A DNA stretch of 64,000 bases, taken from the human T2T-CHM13v2.0 reference genome, Homo sapiens. The stretch lies in the NCBI RefSeq assembly GCF_009914755.1, contig NC_060925.1. One strand, 5' to 3'. Position numbers and translations under genes: made by a program. A model generated the notes under the pieces. That model saw nothing but the letters and a program-made list of their open reading frames with translations, did not search any database and was not told the origin of the DNA. Below, piece by piece: positions 17,827 through 39,524 of the stretch (within the stretch, counting starts at the first letter, position 1; each line of letters starts with the position of its first letter).

Positions 17827-20800
17827 TTCTAGAGGAACAGAATATTAAGGATGGAGTTCTTAAATTGGTTTGGGGGTTTCTGGAGTTGGCTGCTTAATAC
17901 GGTAAGACCCAAAAATGCTAAGGACTCTACTTCTAACAGTATGGAGCACACTGATAGTTCTTGGCATGAACTGTTTGTAGAGAGTTACGCAAAATAAATG
18001 CATTTGACACTCCTGATTTACTATTTGTGAGAGGCAAGCAGTTTAGTGACTCTATACATAATACCTTTGACTATATGTGGAGAACCAAGGAATGTAATGA
18101 AGTTGGTTGGTTGCTCCTAAGTTCACTGGACAAATTGATGAAAGAAAATGATGAATTCAGGGGATTCTGTCCCCCTGCTTCAGAAGCAGATACTACGCCT
18201 CAAATCTGCTAAGATTGCCCTGAATGAGAGTAGACAGTCACAAGCTCTTCATGCGAGTGGCTGACCTGCAACGAAAGATGCATGCACAGCCTTGCCAGGT
18301 GTCTACTGTTAAAGTGAGGGCATTGATTGGAAAAGAATGGGACCCTAAAACTTGGAATGGGGACATGTGGGAGGACCCTGATGAAGCTGGGGACATAGAG
18401 GTTTGTAAACTCTGATGAACCTTTTTTGTCAGAAGGAACAACTTCCCCATCCCCAGTAGTGGAAACAACCCCTCCCCAACCCATGCTGCCATCAGCCTTT
18501 CTGCCTTTGTCTGAGGAGATGAACCCTGCGCTGCTTGAGGCAACATTGATGCCCTCCCCTGAGGCAGTTGCCAGGGAAGATAATGTTGATTCTCCTCAGG
18601 AGCCACCCCCAACACCTGTTTGCTTCTAGACCTATAACTAAGTTAAAGTCTCAGTGGGACCCTAGAGGGTGAGGTTGAGTGTGACCCATGAGGAGGTGTG
18701 CTACACTTGAAAAAAACCAAGTTCTCTAATTTATATAAACAGAAATCTGGAAAACAAACCATGGGAATGGATATTAAGGGTATGGGATAATGGTGGAAGG
18801 AACAGAGTTGGATCAGGCTGAATTTATTGATTTGGGCCCACTAAGTAGGGATTCTGCATTCAATGTTGCAACTTGGGGAGTTAAAAAAGGTTCTAATAGT
18901 TTATTTGCTTGGTTAGTTGAAAGACGGACTAGAAGATGGCCCACTGTGAGAGAGCTGGAAACGCCTGATCTCCCTTGGTTTAATGTAGAGGATGGAATCC
19001 AAAGGCTTAGGGAGACTGGGATGGTGGAGTGGATTAGTCACTTTAGACCTACTCATCTCAGCTGGGAGGGTCCAGAAGACGTACTCTTGACCAATGCCTT
19101 TTGAAATAGATTTGTGAGGGCAGCACCTGCATCTTTGAAGAGGCCTGTAATTGCTCTTCTTAGTATGTCAGATCTAATGGTGGGAACCGCAGTTACTCAA
19201 CTACAAAATTTAAATACAATGGGAATAATTGAATACTGAGGTGCCGGGGCCAAGTGGCAGCACTCAACCATCAAACGCAAGGTAGGCATAGCTACTGTCA
19301 TGAACAGCAGCGGCAAAGCGGCAATCAGAATAGTCTGACTTGTGTAGAGCTCTGGCATTGGCTAATTAATCACGGTGTTCCTAGAAGTGAAATTGATAGG
19401 AAGCCTGCTCATTCCTACTTAATTTATACAAGCAGAAAACTTCTAGGTCAAATGAGCAAAATACTAATTTGAATTATAAAAACAGAGATTCATGGCCCCC
19501 ATAGGTGAATCACAGCAGAGACCTCTAGGATTTTGGAGCGAGACCCTGCCATCTTCTTCAGATAACTACTCTCCTTTTGAGAGACAGCTGTTGGCCTGTT
19601 ACTGGACTTTGGTGGAAACTGAACCATTGTTCATCATAGTCATGAAGTGACTATGGGTCATCAAGTCACCACGCGACCTGAACTGCCTATCATGAACTGG
19701 GTGCTTTCTGACCCATCTAGCCATGAAGTGGGCTGTGCACAGCAGCACTCCATCATCAAATGGAAGTGGTATGTACGTGATCAGGCTTGAGCAGGTCCTG
19801 AAGGGACAAGTAAGTTTCATGAGGAAGTAGCTCAAATGCCCATGGTCTCCACTCCTGCCACCCTGTCTTCTCTTCTCCAGCCTGCACTGATGGCCTCATG
19901 GGGAGTTCCCTATGATCAGCTGACAGAGGAAGAGAAGACCAGGGCCTGGTTCACAGATGGTTCTGCACGATATGCAGGCACCACCTGAAAGTGGACAGCC
20001 ACAGCACTACAGCCCCTTTCTAGGACATCCCTGAAGGACAGCGGTGAAGGTAAATCTTCCCAGTGGGCAGAACTTCGAGCAGAGCACTTGGTTGTGCACT
20101 CTGCATGGAAGTAGAAATGGCCAGATGTGTGATTATATAATGATTCATGGGCTGTAGCCAATGGTTTGGCTGGATGGTCAGGGACTTCAAAGAAGCATGA
20201 TTAGAAAATTGGTGACAAAGAAATTTGGAGAAGAGGTATGTGGATGGACCTCTCTGAGTGGCCAAAATCTGTGAAGACATTTGTATCCCATGTGAGTGCT
20301 CACCAACGGGTGACCTCAGCAGAGGAGGAGTTTAATTATTGAGTGGATAGGATGACCTGTTCTGAGGACACCACTCAGCCTCTTTTCCAAGCCACCCATC
20401 GTCGCCCAATAAGCCCATGAACAAAGTGGCCATGGTGGCAGGGATGGAAGTTACACATGGTCTCAGCAACATGGACTTCCACTCACCAAGGCTGACCTGG
20501 CTACAGCCACTGCTAAGTGCCCAATTTCCCAGCAGCAGAGACCAACACTGAGCCCTTGATATGGCACCATTCCTCGCGGTGATCAGCTAGCTACCTGGTG
20601 GCAGGTTGATTATATTGGACCTCTTCCATCATGGAAAGGGCAGAGGTTTGTCCTCACTGGAATAGACACTTACTCTGGATATGGGTTTACCTATCCTGCA
20701 TGTAATGCTTCTGCCAAGACCACCATCTGTGCACTCACGGAATACCTTAAACACCATCATGGTATTCCACACAGCATTGCCTCTGACTAAGGCACTCACT

Positions 20801-21938
20801 TTATGGCCAAAGAAGTGTTGCAGTAGGCTCACGTTCATGGAATTCACTGGTCTTACCATGTTCCCCATCATCCTAAAGCAGCTGGATGGATAGAATGGTG
20901 GAATGGGCTTTTGAAGTCACAATTACAATGTCAACTAGGTGACAATACTTTGCAGGGCTGGGGCAAAGTTCTCCAGAAGGCCATGTATGCTCTGAATCAG
21001 CATCCAACATATGGTACTGTTTCTCCCATAGCCACGATTCACGGGTCCAGGAATCAAGGGGTGGAAGTGCAAGTGGCACCACTCACCATCACCCCTAGTG
21101 ACCCACTAGCAAAATTTTTGCTTCCTATTCCCTCAACATTAATTCTGCTGGCCTAGAGGTCTTAGTTCCAGAGGGAGGAACGCTACCACCAGAAGACACA
21201 ACAACGACTCCATTAAACTGCAAGTTAAGATTGCCACCTGGACACTTCGGGCTGTTCCTACCTTTAAGTCAACAAGCTAAGAAGGGAATTACAGTGTTGG
21301 CTGGGATGACTGACCCGGACTATCAAGATGAAATCAGTCTGCTAATCCACAACGGAGGTAAAGAAGAGTATGCATGGAATACAGGAGATCCATCAGGGCA
21401 TCTTAGTATTACCATGCCCTGTGATTAAGGTCAATGGGAAACTACAACATCCCAATCCAGGCAGGACTACAGATGGCCCAGACCCCTCAGGAATGAAGGT
21501 TTGGGTCACTCCACCAGGAAAAAAAACATGACCTGCTGAGGTGCTTGCTGAAGGCAAAGGGAATACAGAATGGGTAACGGAAGGTTAGTCATTAATACCA
21601 GATACCACTACGTGACCAGCTGCAGAAACAAGGACTGTAATTGTCATGAGTATTTCCTCCTTCTTTTGTTAAAATCATGTTTGTGTATGTATACATTTGT
21701 ACTAAGAAAATATATTTTATCATGTGACATAAGATTTATTGACTTCATATCAGCATTTAAGTACTGTTAACTTTATGTAATAGTATTTGAGTCAGGGATT
21801 GGTGTGTTTCCAGGTGTACAAAGGATAGTTGTATTATGTTAGGCATAATTATTACCTCATTATTGTCTTTATTTGAAGATTATGTATGATCTCAGGAGAT
21901 GTGCATAGGTTCAAGTTCAAGCTGACAAGGGGTGGACT

Positions 21939-22366
21939 TGTGATGGTTAATACTGAGTTAGTATCCAAGATCAATACAAAGTACTGGTCCCGGATGTGTC
22001 TGTGAGGGTGTTGCCAAAAGAGATTAACATTTGAGTCAGTGGGCTGGGGTAGGCAGATCCACCCTTAGCTGATGGGCACAATCTAATCAGCTGCCAGTGA
22101 ATATAAAGCAGGCAGAAAAATGTGAAAAGGAGAGACTGGCCCAGCCTATATCTTTCCCCCATCCTGGATGCTTCCTGTCCTTGAACACTGGACTTCAAGC
22201 TCTTCCGTTTTGGGACTTTGACTGGCACTTCTTGCTCCTCAGCTTGTAGGCAGCCTATTGTGGGACCTTGTGATCATGTAAGTTAATACTTGAAATAAAC
22301 TCCCATATATATATATATATATATATCCTATTAGTTCTGCCCCTCTAGAGAACCCTGACTAATACA
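21939..22366 (+). repeat. MLT2A 3' LTR preceded by polypurine tract (AAGGGGTGGA, 21927-21936)
   Basis: Aligns with the 5' LTR and ends in CA, followed by the TSD copy. Confidence 0.9.
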
Positions 22367-22498
22367 ACATCTGACAGAGAATTTAAAATAACTGTGATTA
22401 ATATGCTAAAGGCTCTAAGGGAAAGGTGAAAAACATAAAATTAGATAGGTAATAGCAGAAAAATGAAAACTATGAGTCAAAAAGAAAAGCTAGAGATG

Positions 22499-25005
<2,507 letters not shown>

Positions 25006-26524
25006 GAAATCTAAATCTAAAATATTAAAAACCTGAATCTAGCAATGGGAATGTGTTGTATCTCTATGTGATCTACAGCACAAACATGTTTTTAGTATTT
25101 TGATAACTGTACCTCAGTAGAAGTGGCTTCCTTTGCAATCCTTTGTACTTGGTTTTACGCATTAAAAAATATTATTTTAAGAAGGGGTCCACAGGTTCCA
25201 GACTGCCAACAGTGTTGATAGCAGACACAAACACAAAAACGGTAAGAACCTTTGTACTTAAGAAACTCTTGAAGATATACACAAGGAAACATAAGCAAGA
25301 ATGTTCAGAGTAGCACTGTTTGCAAGAGCAAAAAGGAGAGTGGATCAATAAATTGAGGTATAGTCACTGACAGACTTTTCTAAAAGTCCTTAAAATGACA
25401 GAACTGGAGTTACATGTATAAACATGGACAAATTTCTTAATCTAAATACATGGGTGTTTGATACAATAATCTTTAGATTACTACACAACACCACCATTAC
25501 CCTATACTATTTTTATTTATTTATTTTTCATTTATCAATGTAAAAATTTCATGGATTACCACCAGTCCAAATACTGGCATTTAGGAACCAGTGCCTATTA
25601 CCATCCTGCTTCCAGCAAAATCCATCCAAAATCACACTTATTAGTCAGCAATGGTATTAAGCACAATACAAATTCCTTAGGAAATCTTTCTCCAAACCAC
25701 CTAGTTGAAATTAATTTTCCCCGCCTAGTCTCCGTAGCAATTCCTATCTAACTCTCTACTTACCAAATTTCTGAATTATATTAAATATAGTCTATGCATA
25801 CCTGATTTCTCAAGTGTAAGTCCTTTAATGGCTGAGACAGTGCTTTGTGTTTCACAAGTTCTCAAAATCATGTCTACTGGATTTGATTTATTCACCTCTA
25901 CCCACTGTGAAATAAATCCTCAACAATGGCTTAAAAGCTGTGTATTTCATCTTTAGTATCTATACTAAAATAAAATCTGATTACAAAAATAAAACTTCCC
26001 ATTGTAAAACTTAAGATTTCTACTATTCATAATCTCAATAGTACCTCTTCCTATTTTAATTATACTGAATAAAATAACGTGTGGAAAGTATTTTATATAG
26101 AATAATACAAGAAAAATATAAGAAAATAACTTTGAACAATGTAAAACAAGATATATTTATTCTGAAGAAATTACATATTCATGTTACCATGTTTGAGATT
26201 ATGATCATTTTGCACTGGAATACAGAATGATGTATGAGTTAAGTATGCCCCCTACTGACTGAATAAATACTTTAAAAGCCAAAAAACAACATTCACAGAG
26301 TATAAGAATATGGTCCAAACAAATGTACCACATGAAAACCAAATGTGCCTTTACCATGCAAATGGGTTTCATAAAAAGACCTTTGCAGATCTTAAGTATA
26401 TTTAAGATAGAATTTATTGGAGAAAAGAGAGACCTGAGAAGAAAGAAGGGCAATTTTGAATTCACTGCCCAGGGTCACCACATTAAACAACTTTAGGAAG
26501 CATCATTCACATTATAGTATACAT

Positions 26525-26745
26525 CTGTGGTTCCCAATTGGGGCAATTTTGTCCCCCAGGGGACATTTGGCAATGTGTGCAGAAACATTTTTGGTCATCG
26601 CAACCTGAGGTAGGAGAGCCGTTACTGGCATCTAGTGGGTAGAGGCCAGGGATGCTGCTAAACATCTACAACGCATGGACCAGCTCCGTAAAACAAAGTA
26701 TCTTCTAGCCAAAAATGTTAAAAGTGTTGAGGTTGAGAAATTTTG
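26525..26745 (+). mobile_element. MER20 hAT DNA transposon
   Basis: ggggcaattttgtcccccaggggacatttggcaatg...tactggcatctagtgggtagaggccagggatgctgctaaacatc. Confidence 0.82.
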
Positions 26746-27038
26746 CTCTGCATGGTGTTCCTTCTCAAGTCATGCAACAGGGCAATGCTATGAGTTTTAC
26801 CCAAAAAAGTCAAATAAAATTTGACTTCCTTGAACTTTGTTGAATGGGTCAAAGAAGGATTAAATCTCTGAAATCCAATATAATAATTTTTTGCCATCTT
26901 CATTTGGGCTAGAAAACTGCGGTCTATACAGCTTCATATCTTTACCTTTTATCTCTGTTCTAGGGATGATACAATCTGTGCACAAACCCTTGATCAGCTA
27001 ATGATACTTTTTAAAGATACTGGGCTTTCCCATCATAC

Positions 27039-27197
27039 CTGTGTTTCCATTTCCATCATCCTTTGTTTTATTTCTCTTATTTCTGCTTGTGTTTCAGCTT
27101 CTCTAAGTCGAATGGTCATCAGTTCATCCTGTAACTCATTCATAGCATTTTTCTTGGGTGGGTCTTTCCATCTCCCAGTAGTACGAGCTAAGTGGCG
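27039..27197 (-). CDS. EVI5: EVI5 internal coding exon (159 nt): RHLARTTGRWKDPPKKNAMNELQDELMTIRLREAETQAEIREIKQRMMEMETQ
   Basis: Acceptor gctttag|CGC, donor CAG|gtatga, 53 open codons, phase 0-0. Confidence 0.96.
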
Positions 27198-27421
27198 CTA
27201 AAGCATAAAAAATTATATTGCAACAAATACTCTCAGTATCAAAATAAGAGCTAATATTACTGAGCGCTTATTTCAGGCCTGTGATATATAAAACACTTTC
27301 CACACATTATTTTATTTAATCCCTAGAAAATCCTATTAATCAGGCACTATTATCATCTGAATAAAAGGGTTTCATAAAAAGACCTTTGCAGATCTTAAGT
27401 ATATTTAAGATAGAATTTATT

Positions 27422-27552
27422 GGCCAGGCGCAGTGGCTCTCACACCTGTAATCCCAGCACTTTGGGAGGCCAAGGCGGGCAGATCACCTGAGGTCAGGAG
27501 TTTGAGATCAGCCTGGCCAACATGTTGAAACCCTGTCTCTAGTCTCTACTTC

Positions 27553-27580
<28 letters not shown>
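27422..27580 (+). mobile_element. AluS left monomer only, with long A tail
   Basis: GGCCAGGCGCAGTGG...TCTCTACT followed by ~28 A. TSD AGAATTTATT (27412-27421, 27581-27590). Confidence 0.85.
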
Positions 27581-27583
<3 letters not shown>

Positions 27584-28654
27584 ATTTATTGGAGAAAAGA
27601 GAGACCTGAGAAGAAAGACAGGCAATTTTAGAATTCACTGCCTAGGGTCACCATATTAAACAACTTTAGGAAGCATCATTCACATTATTGCCATTATTGG
27701 TTCCCAACTGGGGCAATTTTGCCCCGCCAGGGGACATTTGGCAATGTGTGTGGAAACATTTTTGGCTTTTCACAGGTAAGAAAATGAACACTGTGATTAA
27801 GTAACTTTAGGAGGATCACACACAGCCAGTGCAGATCTGGGATATAAACTCAAATACAGTTCAAATTTTTTCTCTATATACTGAGGATTAATTCTTGAAA
27901 AGATTACAATTTTCACTGTAATTTTTTTAATGAGAGATTTTTCATATTATCTTCAATGAAATCCCAATACATTAGAAAAAAAATGGGGCCATTAAGGAAG
28001 GAATGTTAGAAGTTAAGGGCAGTGTTTCTCAAAATATCTGTGATAAAAGACAAGTTTTGTCTTTTTTGTTTTAAAATTTCAAGTTTATTGCAATCTGATA
28101 CTTTGTCAAAACATGTTTTAAAAAAAGGCATGACAATGTCAAGGCCTAATTTCAGTCCTTATATAGAATATGTATTTTGTTCCTTGTCAACATTTCCCTC
28201 ATACATGAATAAATTTGTGGTCACATACCAGATAAATATCATTTATCTGGTGAGGTAACTAAGTTACTAATTTATACATTAAATTTATAATGTTGTCACC
28301 CTTCTGGTGTTTCACACTAACCAACAATGGACTTAATATCAAAGTTTAAGACAAAATATGTATTATATAGAACACTTTCACAGTTTGCAGAAAAAGTTAC
28401 ACAAGGCACAATGGTACAATGACAAAAATATTATCTGATGTCTACTGTATCTTTTATTTTATTATAAGAATTAAAGAGGGAGAAACAGCTTAAGTGCACT
28501 TTCAGTTTATAAATACTCTCAATTTTGACATTAAACAGGGTCTCTCTCACTTTAAACTCATCTACTATAGGTCATCAGGTACTTCAAACTCTTACAAATT
28601 GGATATTTCGGTTTTACTCTCTTTTAAAAAAGCACACAAAATATATTAATATAC

Positions 28655-28795
28655 CTGCCAGTGTTCCTCTAAATCCTTGACTTGCTGTCTAAGTTCTTTC
28701 AAACCCATAATGGCTTCTGCTTCTCTAAGTTTCACAGCAATGAGTTCTTCCTGAAGCCTTGCAATATTATTCTCATCAGGAAGGGAGTTATTCCT
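28655..28795 (-). CDS. EVI5: EVI5 internal coding exon (141 nt): RNNSLPDENNIARLQEELIAVKLREAEAIMGLKELRQQVKDLEEHWQ
   Basis: Acceptor ttcttctttag|AGG, donor CAG|gtatat, 47 open codons, phase 0-0. Confidence 0.96.
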
Positions 28796-28889
28796 CTAAA
28801 GAAGAAGAAAATTTAATTTGGGATTTTTAAATTTAAGGAATAAAATACAGCACACACAACAGCTATTGTGTTCCACACTTAAATGTATT

Positions 28890-29515
28890 TAATTTTATAC
28901 AGCTATACTGAAATATAATTCACAAACTATGAAACTCACCCTTTTAAAATACACAAGAGCCAGTGGTTTTTAGAGTATTTACAGGGTTGTTTAAACATCA
29001 CCATGACCTAATTTCAGAATATTTTTATCATGCAAAAAAGAAAACCTATACTCATCACCAGTCATTCTACATTCCCCACTTCCCCATCCCCTGGCAACCA
29101 CCAATCTACTTTTTGTTTCCATGAGTTTGTCTACCTGGACATTTCTTATAAGTGGAATCATATGTATTTATAGCTTTCTGTGACAACCTTACTTCACTTA
29201 GAACAATGTTTTCAAGGTTCAATCTTTTTTTTATGCCAAATGATATTCCACTGTATAGATATACCACATTTAATCTATTTATTCATCAGTTAATAGAAAT
29301 TTGGGTTGTTTCCACTTTTTGACTATTATAATGTTGCTATGAACATTGGTGCAAAAGTTTTTGTGTAGACTTAGGCTTTCCATGTTCTTAAGATATACTT
29401 AGGAGTAGAACTGCTGGCTCAGATGGTAATTGTTCTATGTTTAACTTTTAAGAAACTGCCAAACTTTTCCAAAGCAGCTGTACTGCTTTTCATTTTCACT
29501 AGCAATGTATGAGGG
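28890..29515 (-). mobile_element. L1MB 3' fragment
   Basis: Typical ccctggcaaccaccaatctact...gcaatgtatgaggg sequence. Confidence 0.72.
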
Positions 29516-29871
29516 GAACTGCACTTAATTTTGAGAACACAGAAATCTAACTCTGATTTGTTAATAAAATACTAATCAGAGTTACGGAGCAACAGGATTA
29601 AAATTTTTTTCAATATGGCAATAAACTTACTAACTTCTGATCAGGACTCCAGATAAAGCATGAACATCATTTACTTTTTAAATATTCATAGAAAATAGTA
29701 GTCCAAAATCTGTTTTTGTTGTATTTCCTCAGCATGTTATTTTTGAGAGGCATCAAATCTCTGTGTATTAGTCACTATTTACATCAACAGTCAAGAAATT
29801 AATACAAATTAAACAATTTACCAATTGATTCAAATGAAATGACTGAAATTAACTTGATTCATGGATACAAG

Positions 29872-31429
29872 GTTTATTTATATTTTTCCGTAAGTTATTG
29901 GGGTACAGGTGGTATTTGGTTACATGAGTAAGTTCTTTAGTGGTGATTTGTGAGATTTTGGTGTACCCATCACCCAAGCAGTATACACTGCACCTTATTT
30001 GTAGTCTTCTATCCCTCACTCCCCTCCCACTCTTCCCCACAAGTCCTCAAAGTCCACTGAATTATTCTTATGCCTTTGCATCCTCATAGCTTAGCTCCCA
30101 CATATCAGTGAGAACATACGATGCTTGGTTTTCCATTCCTGAGTTACTTCACTTAGAATAATAGTCTCCAATCTCATCCAGGACACTGCAAATGCTGTTA
30201 ATTCGTTCCTTTTTATGGCTAAGTAGTATTCCATCATATATATACATATATACACCACAGTTTCTTTATCCACTTGTTGATTGATGGGCATTTGAGTTGG
30301 TTCCACGATTTTGCAATTGTGAATTGTGCTGCTATAAACATGCGTGTGCAAGTATCTTTTTCAAATAATGACCTTTTCTTCCCTCTGGGTAGACAGATAC
30401 CCAGTAGTGGGATTGCTGGATCAAATGGTACTTCTACTTTTAGTTCTTTAAGGAATCTCCACACTGTTTTCCATAGTGGCAGTACTAGTTTACATTCCCA
30501 CTAGCAGTGCAGAAGTGTTCCCTGTTCATTGCATCCATGCCAACATCTACTGTTTTTTGATTTTTTGATTATGGCTAATCTTGTGGAAGTAAGATGGTAT
30601 TACATTGTGGTTTTGATTTGCATTTCCCTGATCATTAGTGATGTTTAGTATTTTTTCTTTTTTTTTTTGAAACGGAGTCTTGCTCTGTCGCCCAGGCTGG
30701 AGCGCAATGGCACAATCTCGGCTCACTGCAACTTCTGCCTCCCGGGTTCAAGCAATTCTCTGCCTCAGCCTCCCGAGTAGCTGGGATTACAGGCGCCGGC
30801 CACCATGCCTGGCTAATTTTTTGTATTTTTAGTAGAGACAAGGTTTCATTATCTTGGCCAGGCTGCTCTTGAACTCCTGACCTTGTGATCCACCAACCTC
30901 GGCCTCCCAAAGGGCTGGGATTACAGGCGTGAGCCACCGCACCCAGCCGATGTTTAGTACATTTTCATGTTTGTTGGCCATTTGTATATCTTCTTTTGAG
31001 AATTGTCTATTCATGTCCTTAGCCCACTTTTTGATGAGATTGTTTTCGTCTTACTGATTTGAGTTCGTTGTAGATTCTGGATATTAGTCCTTTGTCACAT
31101 GTATAGATTGTGAAGATTTTCTCCCACTCTGTGGGTTGTCTGTTCACTCTGCTGACTGTTCCTTTCTCCGTGCAAAAGCTCCTCAGTTTAATTAGGTCCC
31201 AGCTATTTATCTTTGTTCTAATTGCATTTGATTTTGGGTTCTTGGTCATGAAATCCTTGCCTAAGCAAACGTCTAGAAGGGTTTTTCCAATGTTATCTTC
31301 TAGAATTTTTATAGTTTCAGGTCTTAGGTTTAAGTCCTTAATCCATCTCTTAAGTTGATTTTTGTATAACGTGAGAGAAGAGGATCCAGTTTCATTCTCC
31401 TACATGTGGCTAGCCAATTATCCCAGCAC
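29872..31429 (-). mobile_element. 5'-truncated L1PB fragment containing an Alu (~30655-30948, minus)
   Basis: L1 ORF2 C-terminal and 3' UTR sequence. TSD A(T/C)GGATACAAG at 29861-29871 and 31430-31440. Confidence 0.85.
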
Positions 31430-32517
31430 ACGGATACAAGACTTAGATCAATTTCCCACCATATTAAAAGATAAAAAGGATACAGGGTAGCCCAGTATCA
31501 AACTTCTCTGGAGAGTTACCAAGAGATCCAAAATGAGGCCGTAGGGAAAGCTCCCTAGATAAAAAGGTAAACTGAGGTAACACTGAGATTTCAAGGCCTG
31601 ATTCTATGCAATTTTCTATCTCTAAATATTTCACGGTACACATGCAAATTTTTGCTCATAGGGATGATGGAATGAAGTTATTCTCACCAATTACACTTTC
31701 TTATAATGGACTTTAAATATCTTCTCAATTGAAAACCAAAAATTTACTGCATATTCATTTAAAAGACTGCTGGAAGCAGAAAAAAAGAGGATGCTGCAGG
31801 AAGAAATTACCATAGGAAGCATGCTACCTTTCAAATTCCTTTCTACTTTATAACATGAAAAACAACACAGCCACTTACGAAATCCATTTTTGAATGGAAC
31901 CCAAATACACTTCTATCAAATATTCAAAATCTTTCTAATTGTAAGACACAGATTCTGCTCTAAATCATGTAACCCAGAATACGCCTAAGTTAAAGACCAA
32001 ATATTCTGTTAGCCATTTCTTTCAGCATTCTTGCTGGCTTTTTTTCTCAACAAATCGAGATAATACATTATCCAGAAATATAAAAATAGGAAGGAGCTTT
32101 CTAGCAAAATTATTCCATTACTGATTCTAGTTACACTTGTTCTGTTTCATTAAGAAAATAGTTAAAAACACCTGAGACTGTTATGTCCATTATCTATCAG
32201 GTTTTTGGATTCAGTAGGTAGCTATTACCTAAGAGTAAAAAGGAACAAACGACACAGAGCCCAGGCCACCAATAAATTTACAGATAAGGAAACAAGAGAT
32301 TTGGAGTTTGTAATCTAGAACTTTTAAATCTGAAAGCTATAAGAAACCTGAAGTTCTTCTACTCCCATTACTTATCTCATCTTTGATGTTCTTTAATATC
32401 CTTGAAAAGAAGTTAGCTTCTGTAAGTACATTCAGGCTAAAAGGAACTTCCTACATATCCTGAGGTAACTTGTTCTAGATTGGACAGTTCTAACAACTAC
32501 ACTCAGATGAAATTTTC

Positions 32518-38658
<6,141 letters not shown>

Positions 38659-39061
38659 CTCAGATGAAATTTTCCCGAAATGTCTATGTATTAGTCCTAT
38701 TCTATCTCTTCCACATGAAAATATTGCAATATTTGATGATAACAGTTAATTTCTGTCACCTGAGTTTCTCTCTTCTGCAACATTTAGATACTCTTTTTAT
38801 GAAAATTATTCTGGTCGTTTTCCTCCAAAAGGGCTCTAATCTCCATTTTTATCCTTAAATACGGGGCTGTGATTAGTATGAAGGCAACAAGGAATAACTG
38901 GCAATTTTAAAAATCTTTTTTTCCTTTTCCTCTTAGTAACTAATATGTAAGGCTTCTAATGTATAAAAACACCAAGTCAATTAAATTGCTCAGTAAGTAC
39001 TTAATAAATATCACATATCCCCTCTAATTTGGGAATGACTGCATTTGTGTAGGTTTCTTAC

Positions 39062-39196
39062 CTTCTCTATATCCAAGACTTTATCCTGCATCTCTTTTAA
39101 TGCACACTGAGACTCAGCTTCACTCAGTCGGGCTTGGACCAATTCCTTCTCTAGCTGTAGCACAAAATCTTCGTTGTAGTTGGAACTGCATTTATG
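39062..39196 (-). CDS. EVI5: EVI5 internal coding exon (135 nt): HKCSSNYNEDFVLQLEKELVQARLSEAESQCALKEMQDKVLDIEK
   Basis: Translated by hand on the minus strand. Acceptor tttag|CAT, donor AAG|gtaag, 45 open codons, phase 0-0. Peptide matches the recalled EVI5 coiled-coil region and joins in frame with the next exon. Confidence 0.96.
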
Positions 39197-39524
39197 CTAA
39201 AGGTTACAGACATACACTGAAATTTCATGAAAGTATAAACATGTATATACAATAAAAACAATGCAACCACATAATACAGTTATATTACATTAAGGGCAAC
39301 TAAATAGGAGAAGTTCCATCTACCCAATATTTCCAATGTATCTCCTCCAATTAACTTCTCCAATGAGTAAAAAAGCCCACCTTTGATATCTATAAAGATG
39401 ACCACATTATTGGGTTTTGGTAACTAGTTATTACGCTGATCAAATCTGATTCATATAAGATAAACATCTCCTTTTATCTGTCCATCCATCCAGATACAAA
39501 GAATTTTTTCTGACTTTACAGACC

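Larger units (their letters stand above)
17266..22366 (+). mobile_element. HERV-L provirus with two MLT2A LTRs, internally deleted and non-coding
   Basis: LTRs at 17266-17806 and 21939-22366 (TGTGATGGTTAATAC...CCCTGACTAAT(A/C)A). 5-bp TSD ATATC/ACATC. Decayed gag, RNase H (AWFTDGSARYAG), integrase (WQVDYIGPLP, IDTYSG) and dUTPase (LPPGHFGL) remnants. No env. Confidence 0.93.
26364..27765 (+). repeat. Local direct duplication of ~230 bp: copy 1 at 26364-26594, copy 2 at 27367-27765 (interrupted by an Alu monomer)
   Basis: Both copies start gggtttcataaaaagacctttgcagatcttaagtatatttaagatagaatttatt and end aaacatttttgg. Confidence 0.93.
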
